Source: Eledone cirrhosa | Lineage: Eukaryota | NCBI GenBank assembly: GCA_964016885.1 | Contig: OZ024740.1 | Span: 176,390,001 to 176,454,000, forward strand | Length of the DNA stretch: 64,000 bases | Direction: 5' to 3' | The notes under the pieces: model-generated | The model's input: only the letters and a program-made list of their open reading frames with translations | The model's database searches: none | What the model was told of the DNA's origin: nothing | In this document: positions 1 to 13,924 of the stretch, one piece after another | How the letters are laid out: each line of letters begins with the position of its first letter | Position numbering within the stretch: the first letter of the stretch is position 1 | Translations under genes and position numbers: made by a program

Positions 1-256
1 TGCCGTGTCCGTGTAGTTTGTGACATATCATTCCGTGGTCGACCTTGTCAAAGGCCTTCGCAAAGTCAAGATATATCACGTCCACATGTGAGCTGTCTAG
101 TAGTTGTCTCAGTACCCAGTCATAGTGATGTAGCAGCTGTGTAAGGCAGCTTCTTCCTGGGCAGAAGCCATGTTGCGTGATAGTCAGGCGGTCATTTTCC
201 TCGAGGAAAGTGATTAGTTTCTTTCTGACGACTCGCTCCATGACCTTACTGATATG
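1..256 (-). mobile_element. CR1-group LINE RT fragment (runs off window start)
   Basis: Reverse complement closely matches ~41744-41999 (ISKVMERVVRKKL...YLDFAKAFDKVDHG). Confidence 0.9.
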
Positions 257-787
257 TTTATACACACGATATGGCTTTTGATAATAATAGCACTAAACAC
301 TGTTTTTTAGACCCCTTTAGAAATATCCTGCTACTATAATAGCCCCAATATCTTGTCTATAATTCTGTACTACATTGACACCTTTAACTAAATTTTGTCC
401 AAACAACACCACTAGAAGATTTTACAACCCCCGCCAACCCTAACACGCCTCATTTAGCTAACTGCTGCCAAAACATTTTCTTCTATACAATCTCTACTAC
501 TCTGACAGTCTTGAATCCTAAGACTACCTCCCCGTTACTCGCTTCCCTCTTCCTCTTCCCTTCCTACCTCCTACTTTCTCACATATCTAGTGTATAAAAT
601 CTTCTCCTATCATTCTACCATAAAGGTCTGACGACATGGTGTGTTCTCTTACAGTGTACCTACGATTTATGATAATATTTTTATATTATACAAATAGCGA
701 GGTATAGGTAACCCACACACTATAGAAACAATTGTTACCTAGTAATTTCTTTATACCCGCATTTCCGTTTCATAAACTTCTTCTTCA
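257..787 (+). mobile_element. Probable PLE 3' UTR/pseudo-LTR remnant
   Basis: Non-coding, pyrimidine-rich; HHR motif near its 3' end followed by (TA)n, the layout of other PLE ends here. Confidence 0.55.
624..740 (+). ncRNA. Hammerhead ribozyme, type I, extended stem II
   Basis: aggt-CTGACGA-(c atggtgtg...cacactat a)-GAAA-CAATTG-TT-acct: stem I aggt/acct, palindromic stem III, GUU site. Confidence 0.7.
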
Positions 788-828
788 TATATGTATATAT
801 ATATGGATATATATATATATATATATAT

Positions 829-870
<42 letters not shown>

Positions 871-873
<3 letters not shown>

Positions 874-1083
874 TGTGAGAAAAACCACAGACCCTCCATC
901 TCAACTCACCTTTTGAAAAGCAGAAGAACTGCGAAACCGGTAAAGGAACCAAATAAATATATATATTTAAAAAAAAAATAAGACTTCAGTTGCATTTTCG
1001 ATTTCATCCCTTTTTCTTTATACTTCCACTCGTGTAGGACACCTCGGTTATTTTTCAGTTTGTAAAAAAAACCTCACTTTCTA
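871..1083 (+). mobile_element. Short non-coding HHR-bearing island between TA arrays (solo pLTR/retrozyme-like)
   Basis: ~210 bp flanked by TA arrays; the HHR segment is homologous to ~50222-50278. Confidence 0.6.
909..946 (+). ncRNA. Minimal hammerhead ribozyme, U3-A8 variant
   Basis: cctt-TTGAAAA-gcag aagaa ctgc-GAAA-CCGG-TA-aagg: all three stems pair, GUA site. Confidence 0.8.
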
Positions 1084-1100
1084 ATATATATATATATATA

Positions 1101-1131
<31 letters not shown>

Positions 1132-1150
1132 GGATATATATATATATATA

Positions 1151-1181
<31 letters not shown>

Positions 1182-1204
1182 GGATATATATATATGTATA
1201 TATA

Positions 1205-1235
<31 letters not shown>

Positions 1236-1436
1236 GGATATATATATATATATATATGTATATATATGGATATATATATATATGTATATATATGGATATA
1301 TATATATATGTATATATATGGATATATATATATATGTATATATATGGATATATATATATATATATGGATATATATGGATATATATATATATATATATGTA
1401 TATATATGGATATATATATATATATGTATATATATG

Positions 1437-1467
<31 letters not shown>

Positions 1468-1518
1468 GGATTATATATATATATGTATATATATGTATAT
1501 ATATATGTATATATATGG

Positions 1519-1616
<98 letters not shown>

Positions 1617-1683
1617 GGATATATATATATATGTATATATATGGATATATATGTATATATATGGATATATATATATATGTATA

Positions 1684-1724
<41 letters not shown>

Positions 1725-1731
1725 GGATATA

Positions 1732-1764
<33 letters not shown>

Positions 1765-1810
1765 GTATATATATATATGTATGTATACATATATATGTGT
1801 ATATATATGG

Positions 1811-1842
<32 letters not shown>

Positions 1843-1910
1843 GGATATATATATATATATGGATATATATATATATATATATGTATATATATGGATATAT
1901 ATATATATAT

Positions 1911-1950
<40 letters not shown>

Positions 1951-2292
1951 GTATATATGTATATATGTATATATATATATGTATATATATATGTATGTAT
2001 ATATATATATGTATATATATATGTATGTATATATATATATGTATATGTATATATATATATGTATATATGCATATGTATATATGTATATGCATATGTATAT
2101 ATGTATATGTATATATATATATGTATATATGTATATATATATGTATATATATGTATATATATATACGTATATATATATATGTATGTATATGTATATATAT
2201 ATGTATATATATATGTATATATATACGTATATATATACGTATATATATGTATATATATATATACGTATATATATGTATATATATATATATAT
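1084..2292. repeat. Compound (TA)n array with TG, TGGA and TACG interruptions
   Basis: Direct reading; source of the YI-repeat ORFs. Confidence 0.97.
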
Positions 2293-5200
2293 GTCCTGGG
2301 TATGACATTAAACTACATCCAGTGGCAAGGCTCCAGTTCGGGAGTTCAGGAGATGTGGGGAATGTGGAGTTACCCCTTAGTTGTCATGACTCCCAGGTCC
2401 GGGGTGGTAGTACCTGTTAGGGCTCCATTTATGGGTTAAATAACTACCTTATTCGAGTGGCGCCGGTAAGGTATTGTCAGCCATTGAAAAGAAATATGGA
2501 GAGTCGATCTAACAGCACTAGGGTTAGAGCCCCTAATTACACTGTCAAGGAGCAGCCTGGTCGTTATGACTCTGCTGGCTTAGAGCCACAGAGAGGGCCA
2601 GTGGATGATGGATCAGCTGTCTCTGAGACAAATATAAAGAATGCAGTTTTGTCCTGCAGAAGAGCCATCAAAATGGGCACTTTGAATGTGAGGACTATTC
2701 GGACGCTGGAGAAGAGAGAGGAGTTGGGACATCTGTTCGAGGAGAGTGGTATACAGATACTTGCGATCCAAGAACAGAGGATTCTACACGATGAGCCCGT
2801 GAGGAGTGTGATGATCGGGAGGAAGAGCCAGCTCATCACTACATCGGCAGTGAAGAACACAACAAATGCTGCAGTAGGAGGAGTGGGTTTTGTGTTCAGT
2901 GCAAAAACCAATCTGTTGGTGAGGGAAATAATGCCTATCTCCCCGCGAGAGTTGAGGGTGACCTTCAATGGAAACCCAAGACTGACAGTCATCTCAGCCT
3001 ATAGTCCAACCGAGGGGGACAGTGATGTGAATGCGGAGGAGTTCCATGAGGAGGTGTGTAGAGCTGTCAACACCACTCAGGCACACAATATCCTGCTTGT
3101 TTTGGGGGACTTCAATGTACATCTGAGTAAGGAGGGCAGTGAAGATCCTTGCTGGTACTTCCATAACAACACCAACCGAAATGGAAGACTACTGAGAGAC
3201 ACCCTGCTGGAGGCGAACTTGATGGCGACCAACCTAAGGTTTAGGAAGAATCTGGGGAAGATGTGGACCTACATCTCAGATATGCACCTGTCCAAGTCCC
3301 AGATTGATTTCATTCTGGTGAGGAAAAAGTGGCGGAATAGTGTTCTGAACACGGAACCATACAGCTATTTCAGTACACTGGGTAGGGTAATGACCACCGG
3401 CTTGTTATGAGTGAGGTCCGCGTGAGCTTAAGAAAGAGCAAGGCTCAGCCCCGGAGAACAATCTATGACTGGGGAGCTTTCAAGGAAGATGATAAGCTAC
3501 AGGAGAGGTTCACAGTGGAAGTGAGAAACAGGTTTAGTGCTCTGAGTGGAGAGTCAGAGGAGAGAGAGATTGGATGGACTGAGGAGAGTGTGACGAGGAG
3601 GTACGGGCACTTCACCAGTGCAGTGGCGGAAGCAAGTGAAACCCTGGTGCCGAGGAAAAAGAACAAAGGGAAGCACGTCAGCTCTGCAAGCCCAAAAGTG
3701 TGTGCAGCCAGAGAACACCTGAAAGCTGCCAGGGACCAATTCTATGCTGATCCTACAGAGGAGAGGATGGAGACTGTGGAGGTGATGAGGGAAGAGCTCT
3801 GTACCACTTACACTGAGGTCAGAGAGGAGGCACTGATAGAAAAGATCAGAAGTGTTGAGAGAGCGGTTGACAGATCTGGATGTAAGGAGAGCTGGATGAT
3901 CATCAACGAGATCACAGGGAGGAAGAGAAGGTGTTCGAGTCAGATCCAGGGAACGGGGCCCGAGGATAGGAAGAGGAAATGGCTAGACCATTTTAGGACC
4001 CTACTAGGAGGGCCACCCTCCACAGCCCAGAGCACTGGGGAGATCAGGCGGCTGTTTGAGGAACTGGATGTTGAGACAGAGCCCTTCACCAGAGAGGAGC
4101 TTCAGAGAGCCAAGAAGAAGATCACGGAGGGCAAGGCTCATGGAGAAGATGGAGTGGCATCAGAGGTGATGAAGAGGTGTGATTTTGATGATATCATCCT
4201 GGGGTTCTGTAACGGGGCACTGGAGAAAGGAGTTGCCCCGAATCAGTGGAGGATCAGTAACATCGTCCCTGTGCCAAAGAAGGGAGATCTCTCTAACACC
4301 AACAACTACCGGGGGATCTCACTGACGTCACTTGTGGCAAAGACCCTCAACAGGATGATTCTTAACAGGATTCAGCCTGAGATGGAGAAGAAGCTCAGAG
4401 ACAACCAGAACGACTTCAGAGAGGGTAGATCAACCACCAGTCACATCCTGATGCTGAGGAGGATATTAGAGGGAGCTAGAGCAAAGTGCCTTCCTGCGGT
4501 CATGGTTTTCATTGACTTTAGGAAGGCCTTTGATTCTGTGGACCGTTACTGCCTGATGAAGATCTTACAGGCTTATGGAATCCCCAAGAGGATAGTGGAC
4601 CTGATATCACTGCTCTACACCAACACCAAAGCCCAAGTCATTACACCTGATGGGATGACAGAGTTCTTTGCGATACTGGATGGAGTGCTCCAGGGAGATA
4701 CATTGGCTCCCTACCTTTTTATCATCGTAGTGGACTATTGTATGCACCTTGCACTGGAGAAACACAAGGGCTCTGGCTTTACTGTAGCACCGGCTCAGAG
4801 CAGGAGAGTTAGGGCGAAAAAGGTATCGGATGCTGAATTTGCCGACGACATAGTTTTGGTGACAAATACAGTGAAGGAGGCAGAGGATTTGATGCGGGAG
4901 GTTGCGATTGTGTCGATGAGTGTGGGGCTGAGAATGAATGAGACTAAAACAAAATATCTGGTAGAGAATGTTGAGAAGCCAGAGGGGATCACTAATGTAG
5001 GCGGGAAGCCGCTGGAATTGGTTGAGGACTTCCTGTATTTGGGAGCAAAGATTGGGAATACGGAAGATGATGTGGTTGAGAGGAAGAGCAAGGCCTGGGC
5101 GGCGTGCCACAGCTTCAGATCGGTGTGGAAGTCGGACCTTCGTAGAGACCCGAAAATCCGCCTCTTCATTGCTGTAGTGGAGTCTGTGCTGCTGTATGGG

Positions 5201-5602
5201 TCTGAGACTTGGACACTGACCAAGAAACTCACTCAGATGGTGGATGGGTGCTACACAAGAATGCTGAGGATGGCTCTGAACATTAATCAGTATACACTGA
5301 GGATGAAAAACTCAGAGCTGTATGGGAGCATCCCAAAAGTCAGCTCAAAAGTGACACAGAGGAGACTGAGGTTGGCTGGACATGCTCACCGACATCCAGA
5401 GTTGACATTGCACTCAGTTCTCCTTTGGGAGCCCCTACATGGACACACTGGAAGAGGAAGACCAAGGTTAACATATGTTGATGCCCTAAGGACAGATACT
5501 GGTCTGTTGGAGATGCAGGATATGGCAGCGATAATGAGGGACAGTGACCGCTGGAGAGAACTCGTCGATGGATCTCGGGAATTTTACCCGCCTTAGATAG
5601 AT

Positions 5603-5604
<2 letters not shown>
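2293..5604 (+). mobile_element. RTE-clade LINE, near full length, inserted in (TA)n
   Basis: APE endonuclease (GTLNVRT, AIQE, SAYSPT, LGDFN, SQIDFILV) followed by RT (NYRGISL, FIDFRKAFDSV, GVLQGDTLAPYLF, FADD) and RTE C-terminus (LLYGSETW, GRPRLT); short (TAGA)n tail. Confidence 0.93.
2457..5596 (+). pseudogene. RTE EN-RT ORF split by one frameshift near 3385-3410
   Basis: ORFs 2457-3410 (EN) and 3407-5596 (RT) are in different frames; the break is at the expected SDH motif ending the EN domain. Confidence 0.85.
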
Positions 5605-5636
<32 letters not shown>

Positions 5637-5663
5637 GTATATATATATATATGTATATATATG

Positions 5664-5738
<75 letters not shown>

Positions 5739-5923
5739 GTATATATATGTATATATGTATATATATAAATATATATATATATACATATGTATATATATAT
5801 ATATATACGTATATATATGTATATATATATATATATATATACGTATATATATGTATATATATATATATATATATACGTATATATATATATATATATGTAT
5901 ATATATGTATATATATATGTATA

Positions 5924-5991
<68 letters not shown>

Positions 5992-6057
5992 CGTATATAT
6001 ATGTATATATGTATATATATATATATATACATATGTATATATATATATATACGTATA

Positions 6058-6127
<70 letters not shown>
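5605..6127. repeat. Variant (TA)n array
   Basis: Direct reading. Confidence 0.97.
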
Positions 6128-6132
<5 letters not shown>

Positions 6133-7918
6133 ATACTTTGGGAGGGTCATGTTGCCAATAAGAAACACACGCACCAGTTGCTTTCACTTCAATTTATTAT
6201 AATAAATTTATAATAAATTTATAAATTTATAAATTTCTGGTTGGTTGGTTCCACAACCAGATAGTTGTTTATATATTGTCATAGTTCTTTCGTCACACAC
6301 TCTGTGACCTCTTCAGTGACTGGGGATTCCTTTCTTTGTTTTTGTGCCTCTCCTTTGTTCTGTCCTACGCCATTTTGTTTCTGTGTGTGTGTTGTGTGCT
6401 CAGTCTGCGCATGCGCCACATCCGGGTGTCTGTGTGTGTTTATGTTCATTTATTTATTTGTTTATTTACATGTTACTGGTTGGTTGTTTGTTCTATGTGT
6501 GGGGGTGTATTGATTTTGTCCTTAATTGTAAGTTGTGTTGTTGCTGTTCCACTCATATTTTCTATTTAATTTTGGTTGTAATTCTTTTATGTTTATTGCC
6601 TCTGTGATTTGTCTAAACATTGCGTCTTTTCTGTGTGTAGATTCTATTTTTATTTCTATGTTCTCTAATTTACCCTTGTGTTCTATTTTAGCATGTCGGT
6701 AGAGTACAGATGATTCTTTACTATCTTGAAGGTCTCGCCAGTGTTCATTTATCCGTTCCCCTAGACTACGAGCTGTCTCACCTATGTACACTATATTTTT
6801 GTCTCTACTTTGTCCTTCAGTACATCTTATGCTATACACTACATTTCTAGTTTTACAGTTAATATGGGGGCTTATTTTACAGGTTATACATTTCTTATCT
6901 ATACATGAGGGTCTTTGAAAAGGGTATGTCTTGCTAATAAGTGTTTTTACGGAGGTACCTGGTCTTTCTACTATCTTAATATTGAATTTATGTTTATCTA
7001 GGGCCCTTCTAAATTTGTAAGCTAATTCACCTCTAGGGGTTGTATCGATGAACATTACACTCTGGTATTTATTGCTATCATACCATGAGTTTATTCGATT
7101 AGCCTTGTTCCTAGTTCTTTCTATTCTATTCCAGAATTTGCTCCTATACAAGGGGCAGGTCCCATTTATGTCATTATTTACCATTTTCTTCCCATTTGGT
7201 TCTGGCCCCTCTATACACTCTGATTTTATCTCTCTGATTGTAGCCAGAGAACTGCATACGGTGGATGGAGTGTTGTATGTGTCTCTCTAGTTCTTCCGGG
7301 TTGCACATGCGGGACACGTTTCTCATCACCCGTACCAAATCCGCAATCAGTATGTTGATTTTGGTATAGTCCGAAACGGCCGAGTTTCGGTGGATCAGAT
7401 GTTTGGAAGTCATGGGTTTGGCATAATGGGAATGGAGGATTTGTTTTTTGTTATTAATGGTATCTAACCAGAGCTGTGTGTCTAGTACAGGTAATCGATG
7501 GTTGGGGTGTTTACTTGGGTAGTCTATAGTAACTCTAATGCTCTGGTGGATGGACTTAGCTATTTGCTGGATGCTTTCCATTGTGTTTTTCTCTAGTTCC
7601 TGACTGTTCTCTAGTGGGGGTATCTTAACTACGATGTTTATATCATCAACGTAGCGGGAGTACATTATCAGGGTTAAGGGGTCTTCTAATTGTTCTTTAA
7701 GTTTAAGTTTAAGTCTACTGTCCCACCATACCATGAATAAGTTAGCTATGTCGCCTGCAATGCTAACACCAATGGCTGCTCCTTCCTCTTGGGCATATGT
7801 TTTTCCATTAAATTTGAACATATGTTCCTTAAGGGTTAGTTTTATGCTGGCCCCTACCGCATGTGCAATCATTTTCTTCAGTTCATCGTGGTTTTCGGGT
7901 GTCCGTATGGCTCTGGTC
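6128..7918 (-). mobile_element. Penelope-like element, 5'-truncated, non-Naiad lineage (clade uncertain)
   Basis: RT (QEEGAAIG, YSRYVDD, LPVLD, YAKPM) in ORF 7174+, frameshifted to GIY-YIG in 6522-7184 (VVYSIRC...YIGETARSLGERINEH); pLTR with HHR at 6128-6520. Confidence 0.88.
6278..6320 (-). ncRNA. Minimal hammerhead ribozyme in PLE pLTR
   Basis: Minus strand: gtca-CTGAAGA-g-gtcac agagtgt gtgac-GAAA-gaac-TA-tgac. Confidence 0.8.
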
Positions 7919-9066
7919 CACACATTAAGATGCTCAATGCCAAAAAACTCCGTAACAACAACACCCCAATCGCTCAACACAATAATACACCTAATACACA
8001 ACCACCCACTAACAATCAGTATGCACAAAACACACTCACACACACATCCCAGCACACCTATAACTCCACCACTGCCCATAACAGAAATTGTAATTGCCAC
8101 CTTCCAGAGACATGTCCATTGAATAACGAATGTTTGCATTCAAACCTAGTATACAGGTGCTCGGTTGAGTCGGGCAACCAAACCTGGTACTACATAGGCA
8201 GCACTGCAAACACCTTCAAAACTCGTTGGTACACGCATCGTTACGCAATAAAGCACCACCAACACCGTTACGTAACGACTCTCGCCGACAAAATTTGGCA
8301 CTCAAAAGGGAGTAACCGACAATACACCCTTAAATGGACCAAACTCTCACATGCTCCTCCATACCGGAGTGGGATGAAAACGTGCCCGTTGTGTAATAAT
8401 GAGCTCTTCCATATTCTAAGCTCAAGCCACCAACTACTCAACAACAAAATTGAAAGGTCAATTATTTGCCAGCATAAACTGAAAGCTAAATTCTCACACT
8501 TCAAACCTTCAACCAAATCCTAACACTACCTATCTTTCTACCCTAAATAACAATTCTACACCCCTAAAAATAGACTATATATGAAATTTAATACTTTCTT
8601 CCTTCATCTGTTCTCTGGTAAGACTTTCGCTTGTCCACTTCCAAATGCCTCTTAAAATTCTATCTTCCTTCTCTCTCCCTCTACTCATCACAACTTTTAG
8701 CACACATCCCTCCTCCCCCTCCCTATACAAATCCTCTCACACCACACTATCTCTTTCTCTTTCTCTCCCTTCCTCTATCCCTTTTCTCTCTCTCTCTCTC
8801 CCTCTCTTTTGCCCCCCTCTCTCTCTCTGTTCCTCTATCTTACACTACTACCCCTTATTTCATTTCCTAAGGTCATTCCAACTTTGTATTTTGAAAATTC
8901 GGATGCCACAGTATCTTTCTTGATTGCCTATTATAACATAGTGTAGCAATAATGGACTGAAATTCTGATGAAACAATTGTAAATACGTGGATTAAATTCT
9001 TTTGTAATTGTTTACCTTCGTCCTATTTCTCTTCTTTGATTACACTCCTCGTTTGTTCGTGTTTCC
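7919..9066 (+). mobile_element. Naiad-type PLE 3' fragment (GIY-YIG + 3' UTR)
   Basis: CNC..CPLNNECL, LVYRC, YYIGSTANTFKTRWYTH, CPLCNNE, CQH; stop at 8523. Confidence 0.85.
8886..8986 (+). ncRNA. Hammerhead candidate, U3-A8 variant, extended stem II
   Basis: gtatt-TTGAAAA-t tcgga...tctga t-GAAA-CAATTG-TA-aatac. Confidence 0.6.
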
Positions 9067-9167
9067 ACTACAGAATCCCTACCAACCTGTCGAGTCGCCT
9101 TAACGTATGTTGAGAACTTTCCTCACAACTGGTTCTACCAAACTTTGGAATACTCCTAATAACTGAA

Positions 9168-9267
<100 letters not shown>

Positions 9268-9292
9268 GTATATATATATATATATATATATA

Positions 9293-9341
<49 letters not shown>

Positions 9342-9381
9342 GTATATATATATATATATATATATATATACGTATATATAA

Positions 9382-9463
<82 letters not shown>

Positions 9464-9537
9464 GTATATATATATATATATATACGTATATATACGTATA
9501 TATATATATATATATACGTATATATATATATATATAC

Positions 9538-9588
<51 letters not shown>

Positions 9589-9590
9589 CG

Positions 9591-9640
<50 letters not shown>

Positions 9641-9641
9641 C

Positions 9642-10279
<638 letters not shown>

Positions 10280-10312
10280 TACGTATATATGTATATATAT
10301 ATATATATATAC

Positions 10313-10389
<77 letters not shown>

Positions 10390-10392
10390 TAC

Positions 10393-10434
<42 letters not shown>

Positions 10435-10560
10435 GTATATATATATATATATATAGGTATATATATATATATATATACGTATATATATATATATATATAT
10501 ATATATAGGTATATATATATATATATATATATACGTATATATATATATATATATATATAT

Positions 10561-10591
<31 letters not shown>

Positions 10592-10686
10592 CGTATATAT
10601 ATATATATATATATATATATACGTATATATATATATATACGTATATATATATATATATATATAGGTATATATATATATATATATAC

Positions 10687-10794
<108 letters not shown>

Positions 10795-10795
10795 G

Positions 10796-10827
<32 letters not shown>

Positions 10828-10934
10828 CAAATAACGAAACGAAATTAAATTTCGTTTCGTTTGTAACTCACTTTTGTATGATTATATATATATATATATA
10901 TATATATACGTATGTATATATATATATATATACC

Positions 10935-10968
<34 letters not shown>

Positions 10969-10992
10969 CGTATATATATATATATATATATA

Positions 10993-11043
<51 letters not shown>

Positions 11044-11120
11044 GTATATATATAAAATACCTATATATATATATATACGTATATATATATATATATATAT
11101 ACCTATATATATATATATAC

Positions 11121-11162
<42 letters not shown>

Positions 11163-11242
11163 GTATATATATATATATATACCTATATATATATATACGT
11201 ATATATATATATATATATATATACCTATATATATATATATAC

Positions 11243-11316
<74 letters not shown>

Positions 11317-11318
11317 AC

Positions 11319-11372
<54 letters not shown>

Positions 11373-11388
11373 GTATATATATATATAC

Positions 11389-11426
<38 letters not shown>

Positions 11427-11507
11427 GTATATATATATATACGTATATATATATAAATATATATATATACGTATATATATATATATATATATAAATATAT
11501 ATATACG

Positions 11508-11584
<77 letters not shown>

Positions 11585-11627
11585 GTATATATATGTATAT
11601 ATATATATATATATACGTATATATATG

Positions 11628-11674
<47 letters not shown>

Positions 11675-11685
11675 GTATATATATG

Positions 11686-11734
<49 letters not shown>

Positions 11735-11829
11735 GTATAAATATGGATATATATATATACGTATATATATGTATATATATATATATGTATATATACGTAT
11801 ATATATGTATATATATATATATACGTATA

Positions 11830-11872
<43 letters not shown>

Positions 11873-11891
11873 GTATATATAGTTACGTATA

Positions 11892-11938
<47 letters not shown>

Positions 11939-11968
11939 GTATATATATGTATATATATATATATATAC

Positions 11969-12010
<42 letters not shown>

Positions 12011-12281
12011 GTATATATATATATTTGTATATATATATATACGTATATATATATTTGTATATATATATACATATATACATGTATATATATATACGTATAT
12101 ATATGTATATATATATATATATATATCCGTATATATATATATGTATATATATATGTATATATGTATATGTATATGTATATATATATGTATATATATGTAT
12201 ATATATATATATATATATATACGTATATATATGTATATATATATATATATACTTATATATATGTATATATATATATATATA

Positions 12282-12318
<37 letters not shown>

Positions 12319-12328
12319 GTATATATAA

Positions 12329-12369
<41 letters not shown>

Positions 12370-12476
12370 CGTATATATATATATATATATATACGTATAT
12401 ATATATATATATATATATATATACGTATATATACGTATATATATATATATATATACGTATATATATATATATATAC

Positions 12477-12533
<57 letters not shown>

Positions 12534-12548
12534 TATATATATACGTAC

Positions 12549-12597
<49 letters not shown>

Positions 12598-12598
12598 C

Positions 12599-13108
<510 letters not shown>

Positions 13109-13133
13109 CGTATATATATATATATATATATAT

Positions 13134-13167
<34 letters not shown>

Positions 13168-13263
13168 GTATATATATATATATATATATATATACGTATA
13201 TATATATATATACGTATATATATATATATATATATATATAGGTATATATATATATATATATAC

Positions 13264-13297
<34 letters not shown>

Positions 13298-13325
13298 GTA
13301 TATATATATATATATATATATATAC

Positions 13326-13377
<52 letters not shown>

Positions 13378-13546
13378 GTATATATATATATATATAAATA
13401 TATATACGTATATATATATATATATATATATAAAAACAAATAACGAAACGAAATTAAATTTCGTTTCGTTTGTAACTCACTTTTGTATGATTATATATAT
13501 ATATATATATATATATATACGTATGTATATATATATATATATACCT

Positions 13547-13584
<38 letters not shown>

Positions 13585-13737
13585 CGTATATATATATATA
13601 TATACCTATATATATATATATCTATATATATATACGTATATATATATACCTATATATATATATATACGTATATATATATATATATATATACCTATATATA
13701 TATATATACGTATATATATATATATATATATATATAC

Positions 13738-13781
<44 letters not shown>

Positions 13782-13924
13782 GTATATATATTATATATAT
13801 ATATATATATACGTATATATATATATATATACGTATATATATATATATATATATATATACGTATATATATATATACCGTATATATATAAATATATATATA
13901 TACGTATATATATATATATATATA

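Noticed and set aside
2564-5232. Antisense ORFs within the RTE (and within other LINE/PLE copies)
   Set aside because: Shadow frames of the RT/EN coding strand.
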